A stretch of 64,000 nucleotides of DNA, taken from contig CAWEDU010000002.1 of the NCBI GenBank assembly GCA_963807965.1, forward strand, positions 14,264 to 78,263, in the 5' to 3' direction. Origin of the DNA: an uncultured Thermoplasmatales archaeon (GTDB lineage: Archaea > Thermoplasmatota > Penumbrarchaeia > Penumbrarchaeales > Penumbrarchaeaceae). Positions 10,096 through 19,951 of this stretch are shown here, piece by piece. Below the pieces are notes generated by a model. That model had not been told where the DNA came from and did no database searches. It saw only the letters and a list, made by a program, of their open reading frames with translations. Every line of letters starts with the position of its first letter. Position 1 is the stretch's first letter. Position numbers and translations under genes: made by a program.

Positions 10096-11137
10096 TCAGG
10101 GTCTGCCTCGCCTAGGTGGAGGTCTCAACTTTCTAGGAACAGTGGGTCTCCTGGGATCCCTTTCAGGGATCTCTTCTTCCTTATCCTTTTTAAAAGTCTT
10201 GATTGCCATATGTATACCGATATCAAGGATGAAAGGAGTGGCAACCAGGATGATCATGGCAATGATCAGATTCCTCATGGAATTATCAGGCCAATTGTCA
10301 TTCCCCTCAAGTTTGAGCTTGATGATACCGAACCAGGGGAGTTCTCCGACAGACTTACCGATGATCCAATCGGTACTCCACAGGTTCGATCCATGGAGGA
10401 TCGTTGGAGTAGAAGTCTGAGGTCTGGTCGACTCCCGGATTGTCGTCACCCTTTGTGATGTATCCACTGTGGGGTTCGGTCTTGTAAGTATAGAAATTCC
10501 TCAGGATCTCCTGGAAGTCAATTACCAAACCACCTGGCCTGACAGTATCAGGCCATTCGTATGAATCTATGGTAATCTTATCTTTCAGATTGGTCCTTCC
10601 CATGGATGGGATGTCGTAACCACCATAGGAATCATTTTCCCAATCTAGATCGGTGCTGTTGAACTCAATATAAAGCACCGCTCTGTGAATGATGGCTGTT
10701 CTGTCATCATCACCGTTGGGTCTGAAAATTATGACATCACCAAAGGAATCATACCTCCTATGGTCCTTTTCGATCCCATCAAAGTAAGGGACAATATCCC
10801 TCATTCCGTCCACTTTCTTGACGAAAACAAGATCTCCTGTATCTATGACACCCACAAATGAAGTATCATCAGAATGCTGCATGGAACCTGACTGAACAAC
10901 AACGAGTGGTGGCCAATTGTTTGTATAGGTGTATAAACCTCCGACAAGGAGGAGGAGAACTATAAAGGCTGCAAGGATGTCGAAGAGGAAGGACCTTGCC
11001 TCCTTCTTCCACCTTGGGAGCTTTTCCTTTTCCCCATCATCGTCAGACTCATCCCTTTTTCTCCTTGCTTCGGAGTAGGTGGTCCTTTCGAATGACCTTA
11101 CCCGGGATTGGAATTCAGGTTTTGGTACAGGCATCAT
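10096..11137 (-). CDS. signal peptidase I, archaeal Sec11/S26B type, frameshifted near the C-terminus
   Basis: ORF 10355..11155 has an N-terminal TM segment, catalytic SGSMQH, GDLVFV and IIHRAV. ORF 10096..10467 continues in the +1 frame with DWIIGKSVGELPWFGIIKL plus a C-terminal TM helix. The join is ...IEPVEY|DWIIGK at GG 10372-10373 (CC on the coding strand). Confidence 0.8.
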
Positions 11138-11254
11138 TCCACCAGAAAACGTCAAGGTAACGTTGCATGTTAGATAAGTTTTATCTGGTAATATGTTGGG
11201 AAACGTACTCAGAAAGGGTTAATGTTATATCATCATGTTCTTCTCTTGAATCGA

Positions 11255-12190
11255 ATGGAAAGAGGTCTACTGGTCTGCGGGAACATGAACATTGACAGGA
11301 TATATACTGTCACGGAGATACCGACAGAGGGGCAGTCCACACCGATCTCAGAAGAAAGGAGAGTTTTTGGTGGCTGTGGTGGGAATGTTGCAATTGCTGC
11401 TGCCAGAGTTGGATTGAAGGTGAAACTTTCATCTGCTATAGGCGGGGATTTCCCTAAAAGATACAAAAAGGACCTGCTTGAAGCGGGAGTGGACCTTGAA
11501 CCTGTCTTAATATCCAAGGATCTGCCGTCCCCATATTGCATCATTCTATCAGCACCTGGGGGGAGACAGGTATATGCTTTCAATCTGGGATCAATGAAGG
11601 AACAAAGAGAGATGGATGTTCCTGTTGGACATTTGATGACCCATTGTCATATAGCAACTTCGGACCCGTTGTTCTCGATAAGATGTGCAAGAGAACTGTC
11701 TATGCGGGGAGCGTCAATTACCATTGATCCAGGGATGGAGATATTCTTCAGATGGGATAAAGACCTCTTATCAAGAGTGCTTCCCTACTGTGATCGGTTC
11801 TTCGGCAATCTGGGGGAGTGGAAGCACTTGGGTGAACTGATGGGATGGAGGGGTAATGTCCTCACTTTTTCAGGCAAGGGGGTGCCCTTCTTCGAGGAAG
11901 CTTTCGAAAGTATCGATGAAGCGGTGATCACCCTTGGAAATGAGGGATCGGTACTGATTAACACGGATGGGGTAACTCATGAGGGACCTCTTGATGTTGG
12001 GGATGTGGTGGATGCAACAGGTGCAGGGGATGCGTTCAGAGGAGGTTTCTACGGAGCTCTTATAAGAGGGTATGGTCCAAAAGAGGCTCTAAGATACGGA
12101 AATGCCATGGGTGCCCTTTCAATAAAAAGTGAAGGACCTCAGGATTATAAGGCGGATTGGAATAGAATTCGATCTATGATAAGGAATTAG
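11255..12190 (+). CDS. PfkB-family carbohydrate/nucleoside kinase
   Basis: LLVCGNMNIDRIY at the N-terminus and the ribokinase-family motif DATGAGDAFRGGF near the C-terminus. ATG 11255 is preferred over the upstream 11222. Confidence 0.8.
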   Translation: MERGLLVCGNMNIDRIYTVTEIPTEGQSTPISEERRVFGGCGGNVAIAAARVGLKVKLSSAIGGDFPKRYKKDLLEAGVDLEPVLISKDLPSPYCIILSAPGGRQVYAFNLGSMKEQREMDVPVGHLMTHCHIATSDPLFSIRCARELSMRGASITIDPGMEIFFRWDKDLLSRVLPYCDRFFGNLGEWKHLGELMGWRGNVLTFSGKGVPFFEEAFESIDEAVITLGNEGSVLINTDGVTHEGPLDVGDVVDATGAGDAFRGGFYGALIRGYGPKEALRYGNAMGALSIKSEGPQDYKADWNRIRSMIRN

Positions 12191-12378
12191 ATCCCGCTCA
12201 GCTCGCCCATCATTCATCACAGGTCAGTTAAGTCTCTTACATCATTGCGGGATAGGGGGAAAAGGAACGAAGTTATTAAACCCTGACCTGGATCGGTTTT
12301 ATTTCAAGTAAGTGGAAAAATCTTTAGTCACTTTCATTCTGTAAACTTTAAATAATCACATCCGATTGGCAAGTCAAC

Positions 12379-13138
12379 ATGTCCATACTGGGAACCTTCT
12401 ATGACCTATTGAGGAAAGGTCCGGTTCATATGACCCTCTTGGACCCGGACAAACAGGACCCCCAGATCGCCGGTTCAATGGCAAAGGGTGCCTGCGAAGG
12501 AGGATCTGACATAATTTTAGTTGGAGGGACAACTGGTGTGGATGTCGGAAAGCAGGAAAAGACACTCTGTGCGGTAAGGGATGCAACAGATCTTCCAATC
12601 GTTATCTTCCCAACTTCAGCAGACATACTCTCCTGCAACGCTGATGCAGTTTTCTACATGTCACTACTCAACTCCAGGAATCTGAGATATGTGGTTGGTG
12701 AAGCGGTTAGATCCTCGATCAAGCTGGCAGAGATGGATATCGAGGTAATACCGGTTGGATATCTCGTTTTCGAACCAGGTATGCTTGTGGGAGAGGTCGG
12801 CGAGGTGGACCTGATAGGCAGGACAGATCTCGCTTTAGGAAGGTCCTATGCAAAGGCAGTGGAACTCATGGGAATGGATATCTGCTACCTTGAAGGGGGT
12901 TCAGGTGTCGGAACACCCATACCGGATCCAATGATATCTGCTATAAGAGATGTCATCGACATACCTTTGATCGTTGGAGGAGGCATTAATTCTCCGGAAA
13001 GGGCCGCATCTGCGGTCAGAGCAGGTGCTGATATTGTTGTGACAGGGTACAATGGTCGAGAAGTCCGAGAATATCCCCGCTTCGATCTCTCAAATGATCA
13101 AGGCCATGAAAATGGCCTGGAAGGAGAGAAACCATTGA
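12379..13138 (+). CDS. geranylgeranylglyceryl phosphate synthase (PcrB/GGGPS family), frameshifted about 30 codons before the stop
   Basis: HMTLLDPDK, GGSDIILVGGT, YLEGGSG and PLIVGGGI are GGGPS hallmarks. After ADIVVTG the +1 frame reads TMVEKSENIPASISQMIKAMKMAWKERNH-stop (TGA 13136-13138). The extra base is in GGGT at 13045-13048. Confidence 0.85.
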
Positions 13139-13653
13139 AGACCTATGACTGTTCGATAACAACACCTCTAGGTCCGATGAAAGCAGTTTTCTCCAAGCAA
13201 GGACTTGTTTCATTCGGTATTCAGGATGAAGGAGAATGTCCCAGATGGTCTGATCCATACAGTCATGAGGATGATGACAGATTGGCTGCATTGAAGACCT
13301 TTGTAACCGATTATTTCTACGGCAGGGACCCTGGGACCAGGGACATCCCCCTTGATATGACTGGAATTTCACCTTTCAGGACAAAGGTCTACAGGGAGCT
13401 GATGAAGATCACCTACGGAGAGGTGATATCCTATGGAGAGCTTGCCTGGAATGTAGGATCACCAGGAGGAGCAAGGGCTGTTGGTAATGCCATGAACTCG
13501 AATCCTTTCCTGCTGATAGTCCCCTGTCATCGGGTATTGGCTTCAGGGGGCAAGGGGAAGTATTCCATCGGAGGTTTCGGGATAGGTCTTGATGTAAAGA
13601 GATTCCTGCTCAGGTCCGAAGGACATAACGAAACGGACATCATTGGAATTTAA
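13135..13653 (+). CDS. ogt: O6-methylguanine/alkylguanine-DNA methyltransferase
   Basis: Active-site motif IVPCHRV together with YGELA...GSPGGARAVGNA. The proposed TTG start at 13135 overlaps the GGGPS stop (TTGA). In the ORF track this gene appears fused to GGGPS. Confidence 0.8.
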   Translation: MKTYDCSITTPLGPMKAVFSKQGLVSFGIQDEGECPRWSDPYSHEDDDRLAALKTFVTDYFYGRDPGTRDIPLDMTGISPFRTKVYRELMKITYGEVISYGELAWNVGSPGGARAVGNAMNSNPFLLIVPCHRVLASGGKGKYSIGGFGIGLDVKRFLLRSEGHNETDIIGI

Positions 13654-13752
13654 GATCGTTTATTCCAATTTGTGATACCTGTTCCAACAAAGATTTATAT
13701 CACACTAATAGATTTAGGTATACCTAAAACAGTTTCTAAAGGAGCCAAAGAC

Positions 13753-13995
13753 TTGAATCCTATAGCGATCCCCGCAAGGAGAAGGACACTTTCCCACGTC
13801 CGTGAAGGAGAGGATGTAATGGTCATCCAGGTCGAGGGGGGAAGAGGTGTTCATAGAAGGCTCAGGGAGCTTGGGATAGGTACTGGGTCACGTGTGAAGG
13901 TTATCCAGAACACCGGAGGACCAGTGATCGTCATGGTAGGCGATTCCAGGATGGGACTAGGAAGAGGTGTGGCGGAAAAAATTGTAGTGGAATGA
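13753..13995 (+). CDS. FeoA-domain (SH3-like) small protein
   Basis: REGEDVMVIQVEGGRGVHRRLRELGIGTGSRVKVIQN...VMVGDSRMGLGRGVAEKIVV is FeoA-like. TTG 13753 is preceded by AAGGAG 9 nt upstream. No feoB lies nearby. Confidence 0.65.
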   Translation: MNPIAIPARRRTLSHVREGEDVMVIQVEGGRGVHRRLRELGIGTGSRVKVIQNTGGPVIVMVGDSRMGLGRGVAEKIVVE

Positions 13996-14025
13996 TCTTA
14001 GTGGATCGTTAACCATCATTATATT

Positions 14026-14499
14026 CTATCTATTTCTAAAATTATGATTGCGGGGGTCCTCAAAGAGAACCCCCGGCTTGGTTCCGGGCGGGGTGTGCAT
14101 TTCCCTCCGGAGGCAGGTGCTTGGGGGGTTCTTTGTGATCCTTTCCCTTTGGGTTCCCCTTACTGCGAAATCCATAGGAAGCATTGCATTTTCCAGTGCT
14201 GTCAGAGTGGAAAATAGCTGAAAGAACTGGAAGATGATGCCGATGTTCTTCCCTCTCCATTTTGCCAGCTTGTTCTCCTTCATGTTGTCTATCCTCTGAC
14301 CGTTGATCCTGACCATTCCATTAGTAGGTCTGTCGATCCCGGTTATCATGTTGAGTATGGTTGACTTCCCAGATCCTGAAGGTCCGACGATCGCTGTCAA
14401 TTCACCTTTCTCTATCTTGAGGTCCACCTTTTTCAGGGCCTCGAACTTCATCTATCCGGTCCTGTAGACCTTGGCGATGAATTTATAGCAAAGGGTCAC
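14026..14499 (-). pseudogene. relic ABC transporter ATP-binding protein (MacB/LolD-like): in-frame TAG and 3' truncation
   Basis: Walker A (GPSGSGKST) and the Q-loop (IIFQFFQL) are present. The upstream in-frame sequence reads ...YKFIAKVYRTG-TAG-MKFEALKKVDL (TAG 14452-14454). After ENAMLPMDFA similarity is lost. There is no LSGGQ signature or Walker B in any frame before the FeoA gene. Confidence 0.7.
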
Positions 14500-14533
14500 A
14501 AGAAGAAAGCGCTTCGGCTCAAAGGATGGGAGC

Positions 14534-14554
14534 GGGGCGGAAAAATACCGCCCC
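14534..14554 (-). terminator. hairpin downstream of the 81-aa gene (putative terminator)
   Basis: GGGGCGG-AAAAATA-CCGCCCC: a perfect 7-bp stem, 17 nt past the stop at 14571. Confidence 0.35.
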
Positions 14555-14570
14555 AATGGAAAATCCCGTT

Positions 14571-14816
14571 TCAGTGGTCCTTTCTGGGGTTCAAGGAACA
14601 GGATCCTTTCATGGATGCATATGGAGATGAGTATACGTTTATGCTTCCAATAATTTCATCAAGTTCCTCTTTAGAGTGGAACTCATAGTTCTTTGATGGG
14701 AACACATTCAATGTTCCCATTATCTCATATTCGCTGTCTATCAGGGATTCCAGCTGTCCTCTAACCCGCAGAAGGTCCGTGTAACGGTTTATGGTTTCTG
14801 GGGTCTGGGGTCTCAT
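14571..14816 (-). CDS. hypothetical small protein (81 aa)
   Basis: ATG 14816 is preceded by AAGGAG 8 nt upstream. No recognisable motif. Confidence 0.45.
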   Translation of the reverse strand: MRPQTPETINRYTDLLRVRGQLESLIDSEYEIMGTLNVFPSKNYEFHSKEELDEIIGSINVYSSPYASMKGSCSLNPRKDH

Positions 14817-15040
14817 ATGTTTTCTCCTTTCTGTTCGGGATTTGAACGGTGAGTTCACTTCATGTCGAAGTTGAATCAACGTTCCGGGGTTTCGGGCGGG
14901 GGGATGCCATCAATTCTGGAGATCTGAAAAGGCTCCCGTCCTAATATAGTATATAGGGTTATGAGAATATGAATCTTTCCTTAGTGGTAGATTTGTTATT
15001 GGTAGATCGATAATAGATGAGTGAAAAGTATGTACCTTCT

Positions 15041-18000
15041 TCATTCCTCAAAATATTGTAAGGACCTGTATTTTCGGACAAGAACGAAAACAAGAATGAT
15101 CATTATCAGGACCAGAAGGATAGATATGATTATCGAGATCAACATGGTTCCTTCATCTTTGGATCCTTCTTCAGGTGTCTCTTCCGGTCTGAGGATCAGA
15201 TCACCGATATTGGTAGTTCTTCCGACCCTTGATTCTGCATAACCTTTGGTTAGGGCAAAACCCTCCTTCTCCACTATGATACGATAACTGCCATCGGAGA
15301 CCATGATGGAGAAAGTGCCATCGCTTGCGGTTTCGATCTCCTGACCGTTTTCAAAAACCACCAAAGCTCCTTTCACAGGATTGAAAGATTCGTCAACCAC
15401 CCTGCCCCGGACCTCACCTTCATCTGTGATGGTGAATACATATGAAAATGGTTCAAGGGAATTGCCAGCAAGGTCCTTTCCCATCACTTCCACCCATACT
15501 TCTTGCCCGTACTGGAACTCATTTAGTCTGTCAAAATATGCCCTGCTGCCATCCCAGATAGGAGGTCCGGACCATAGATTCACAAATATTTCCACGGATG
15601 ATCTGTTCATCTTCTCGGAGAATTCGACATATATCGGAGTGTCAATCGGAACATTATCTCCTATCGGATAGTAGTTCGTCACACTTGGTGCGATCGTATC
15701 GATTGTGAAGTTAACTGTGTCAACGAATTCGTCTCCCGCAGTGTTCGCTGCCTTGATCGTTATCGTATGATTCCCTTCCGAATCGAACACCTGGAATCTC
15801 TGTCCGTCCTTGGTAATAACAAAGAAAGGACCACCGTCTAAGGACATGTACGATTCTTGCACCCAGTCGGCATTTCCGGTCTCCCATAGTATCTCAATTT
15901 CTCTGGAATTGAAGAAATCTCCCTCCCGGGGTGAGATTATACTTATTGGAGTGATGTAATATTCCACATGTATGTCGATATTTCTCTCGTTGTAATTTCC
16001 CACCGAATCGTAGGCATTGATATAGATCTTATGATGGCCCTCTTCAAGTCCTTCGATCCTTGTTGTATTCAAACCTGTGACGTTGATCCAGGGCCTCCCA
16101 TCGATCCGGATGGATACGTTCTTAACATCCAGGAATTCGTCCTCAACTTTCCAGTAAACATCCACAAATTTTTTCTGAATGTTCCCATATTGTTCGGTGT
16201 TCAGGAACTCGATTTCAGGACCGTAATAATCAATCACGAACTTCACTGAATCATTGAAGGTCCTTCCAAGGTAATCGGTTCCCTGCACCTCGAATTGGTG
16301 CCATCCGTAATCCAACCGGTAATGCCAGTAGTAGTCGTAGTAATCATCCTTTCCCCATTCGGTATCATTTCCAACATCCTTCCAGTCTCTGTCATCTATT
16401 CTTACTCTGAAATGGACAAATGATGGATCCAATCCCGTTAGCTCCCAGGTGAACAGGATTTCAGGACGACCGTTTGTAAATATATCCCCGTTTCCAGGAT
16501 TAGTAATTTTTACAGCCGGAGTGCAGTTGTCGTGTATTATGGTTGCCGGATTGGACCAGTATCCCTGTCCCGAGTCGAAATTTGGAACCGCCACGAAGAC
16601 ATATTTCTTCATGTCACCGGTATTTTCAAAAGAGTAACAGGTTGTATCGGGATCGAACGTATCCACTGTGACCGGGTCGCTTCCTTCCTCCATTATTAAT
16701 AAGGGTTACGGATTCTATATCTCCGAGAAAATCGTATTCTGGGAGGATCCAGCATAGGCGAATTATATCCTGGCTGATATTCGAATGAAGGGTAATGTGT
16801 GCGGATTCCACAGGTTCTGTTAGGGGTTTGGAATCAACGATTTCAGTGCCATCAGACATTATATCGACAACAAGTGGATCATCAACGATTCCGTCTCTGT
16901 TCGCATCAAGCCAACCCGAATCGGACCAGAAGTTACCTCGTCCATATTCATCTCTTGGATTGTAGAATTTCAGATAATTGTATGAACCCAGATGATTGAT
17001 GCCCTGGAATCTTCCATCATCCCACCTCATCCTGCTGCCGTTGTTGTAGAAGAAATTATTGGAATATATATTAGACGTTCTGGAATAAACATCAAAAACG
17101 GGACCGGAGGATCCGATAATATCATTAAAGAAGAAATCACACTCGTCAACCGAGTAGAAAACAGCAGCTTCATCACATTCATAGAATATATTCTTGAAAA
17201 TGTCAAATCGGGAATTATAACTGTAACCTAAGCCTATATACAACCCGGATGAGCATTTGTGGAAAACATTCCCGTAGATGTACCAAACGAAGGTCATCAT
17301 ATCGGGACCTGTGATATTGATGCCGACTTCTGTATTTGAAAATCTATTTCCTGAAAGATTCACAACGGAATTTCCCTGCATCCAGATCGATTCGCCATCA
17401 TCATCAAAGTAACAATTCGAGATACGAATCAGATCGCAGTATACAACAGTGATCGAGTTCGTACCACCGCTCATGGAAAGGTTTGATATTGAGACTTTGG
17501 TGCAGTCAACCGCAATATACTGCCCCCTGTTTCCGGTTCCATCTTCCACCATTTCATTCTGATATCTGTACATTATCGGAAGACCGTTGACTGTGTTGTT
17601 CTCCGACAATCCTGCATCGAAGATATTATTATTGTTCGGATAGACACGGAATGAGCATCCGATCAGTCTATTCCGCCATATCTCGCATCCACCCCCCATG
17701 ATCCCCACACCTTGTTTTCTCGAGTCGATTACAATATTATCCAGGATTCGACAATTATTTGGATAGGATCCAATAAGGATCCCGGATTCCCCATTCATAA
17801 ATTTGCAATTAACAATATCACATTCATTGTTGTACTCCAACAGGATTCCAATTAGATTTTCAATGAATGTGCAATTCCCAACTGAAGAACCTGTCACACT
17901 GGATAATGTGAGACCGTCACCATCCTGAACTGAGAAACCATTATATCCCCCATATTCCTCCCATCTGACATTTGAAACGAATGAAGTATTTGTAATCCTG

Positions 18001-19861
18001 ATATGGTTACCTGTAATAAGATTGATTCCCCTTCCGCAATCGGTAATCGATGAATTCTCGATCAGGAGTTCATTTGTGTTGTAGGATTGGATCCCTTTTC
18101 TGCAACAGGTGATATTCGAATTTTTAATGATGATATTTTCCAGGTAATAACCATTGATTCCGTAGTATGATCGATTAATATTCAGCGAGTTTAAAACAAG
18201 ATTTTTCACGTTATGCAGTATTACCTGCCCCGGATCCATTTCAAGTGTACTGTTATCCATATTCTTGTCCCTGAGGTAAACAAGAGTTTTTCCATTTACG
18301 GTATTGTTGGAAGTGATGATATTACCGATAATGGGATAAGGGATTTCCAAGCCGGACCAGATGAAAGAATTATTTTCCATTCTGAGATTATTCGGTCTGC
18401 CGATATATGCTCCATCCATTCCGTCCGATTGAAATGTGCAATTTGTCAAGTTCAGATCACCGGAGTGAGAGGAATACAAGAGGCTGTGATCACCCTTGAA
18501 TGTAGAGTGGTTGATCTCGGCCTCAAGTCTGGTACTTGATAATCTCAATCCGCCATAGTTATTCGAGAAAAGACAGTTCCTTACGGAGATCTTATCGCAG
18601 GAATCCAAAGAGATGCCAAATCCCATATTATCCGTAGTGATACAGTTCTCGACCTGAATAGTACTTGAACTCTGGATCTCCAATCCTATATCGAGATTAT
18701 CTGAAGAGACCAAGCCCTTGACAGATACATTCTCGCATGAATACAGAAGGATAGGAGATTTGATTTCTGAAAAATGACCTCCTGTAATATTGACATTCTT
18801 ACAATAGAAGATGAATAGCTGACCTGCATCCTCCGGCATCTTCCAGGTTGAGAGATCCTCCTCCAATTTGAATATGAGAGGCTTTCCGTTGATTGTGTTA
18901 TCCCTGACCCTGATATCCTTACCTTGCATGGTATATGTGTAAATATAAATGCCAGTGGTCCAGAATTCACTGTAATAAACGTGAAATCTGTCTGTATATC
19001 TGACATTGATACCCGAGTTGGTGTTATTAATCAGGGATGAATGAATGAAGGTTACATTGTGAGAGCTATCCACGATAACTCCATTTCCATCGCAATTCCT
19101 GATGATGGACCATTCCAATCTGAGGTTCAGACAGCTTTCAATGCGGAATCCAACATATCTGCAATCTTCAATCGTGCAGTTTGCGATTTTGGGATCATCG
19201 ATATCATTCATATAGATTCCCTGGGCACCTCTTGAGAAAAGGCAGTTTTCTATCAACATTCTATTTGAGCCACGAGTGGTATAAATTCCACAATTACAAT
19301 TGACGAATGTGGAATCCGAGATTGAAATATCTGAAGTTTCACTTATTACGATACCTTGATCCGATCCGTTTATAATAGCTCCTTGAACTTCGATGTTACT
19401 TTCCGAGGAATCTATCGTTATTCCATTCTGGCAGTTTGAAATGAACGAATCGGAAATTGCAACATTGGAACATTCATCGATGGATATTCCCCTGTAGGAA
19501 TTCAGGAGAGTGAGATTTAGTGAAACTAGTATACAGGGATGTTTCCTTGATGGATATGCATTCTTCATAATGCATGCTCCCTTCCATATCGATCTTCAAA
19601 TCGCTTATGATGTAAGGATCCTCTTCCGTCCCATTTCCCTCGCAGTCCATTATCCTCAACATATTCGATAAGGTCATCATCTCCCCTGATGTAGATGTCG
19701 TCGTAATCATATGGATATCTTCCAGACCTTGTATCGGGTGATACCCCGATACCTTTGCCTGTGTTATCAATATCATTAGATGTTCCCGAATAAAAGAAAG
19801 CTGTAGCTAACAGAATGCCAACTACTATTATCGAATGGAAGGCCCTCTTCATTCCGATCAT
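15041..19861 (-). pseudogene. giant cell-surface protein A (signal peptide, PbH1/NosD-like beta-helix repeats, Ig-like domains, CarboxypepD_reg-like domain, C-terminal TM); 3 frameshifts
   Basis: ORFs 19565..19861 (signal MKRAFHSIIVVGILLATAFF), 19474..19776 (GNGTEEDPYIISDLKID), 16626..19568 (980 aa of beta-helix repeats) and 15041..16693 (Ig-like, SbsA-like IDTIAPSV, GRVVDESFNPVKGALV, TM LISIIISILLVLIMIILVFVLV) form one gene. It is colinear with the intact paralogue at 34963..39180. The breaks lie near 19643-19650, 19514-19524 and 16688-16705, and all are +1. Confidence 0.8.
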
Positions 19862-19951
19862 CCCGGGTGGATATAATATCCTGGCCTCTGGTACTTTATC
19901 CTTTTTGTAATATGTGCTGTTTCCCTGTCAAATATACCTTATTTTATCTCT

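Noticed and set aside
12191-12255. Inverted repeat ATCCCGC...GCGGGAT downstream of the PfkB kinase as a terminator or regulatory element
   Set aside because: It has only 7-bp arms separated by about 49 nt of non-pairing sequence, which is too weak to call.
12379-13653. Genuine bifunctional GGGPS-MGMT fusion protein
   Set aside because: The linker in the fused frame (NGREVREYPRFDLSNDQGHENGLEGEKP) is non-homologous. The +1 frame, by contrast, gives a canonical GGGPS C-terminus ending in a stop that overlaps a TTG start for MGMT.
14452-14454. In-frame TAG in the ABC ATPase as possible pyrrolysine or amber recoding
   Set aside because: TAG is used as an ordinary stop elsewhere in the window (for example 10044-10046 and 12188-12190). 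The same gene is also truncated after the Q-loop, so a nonsense mutation in a decaying gene is the simpler explanation. No pyl genes were seen.
14880-15040. GC-rich intergenic stretch (cgttccggggtttcgggcgggggg...) as a possible tRNA or small RNA
   Set aside because: I could not fold a cloverleaf, there is no T-loop-like GTTCGAATC element, and the length and structure are inconsistent with a tRNA. It is more likely a promoter or leader region of the 81-aa gene.
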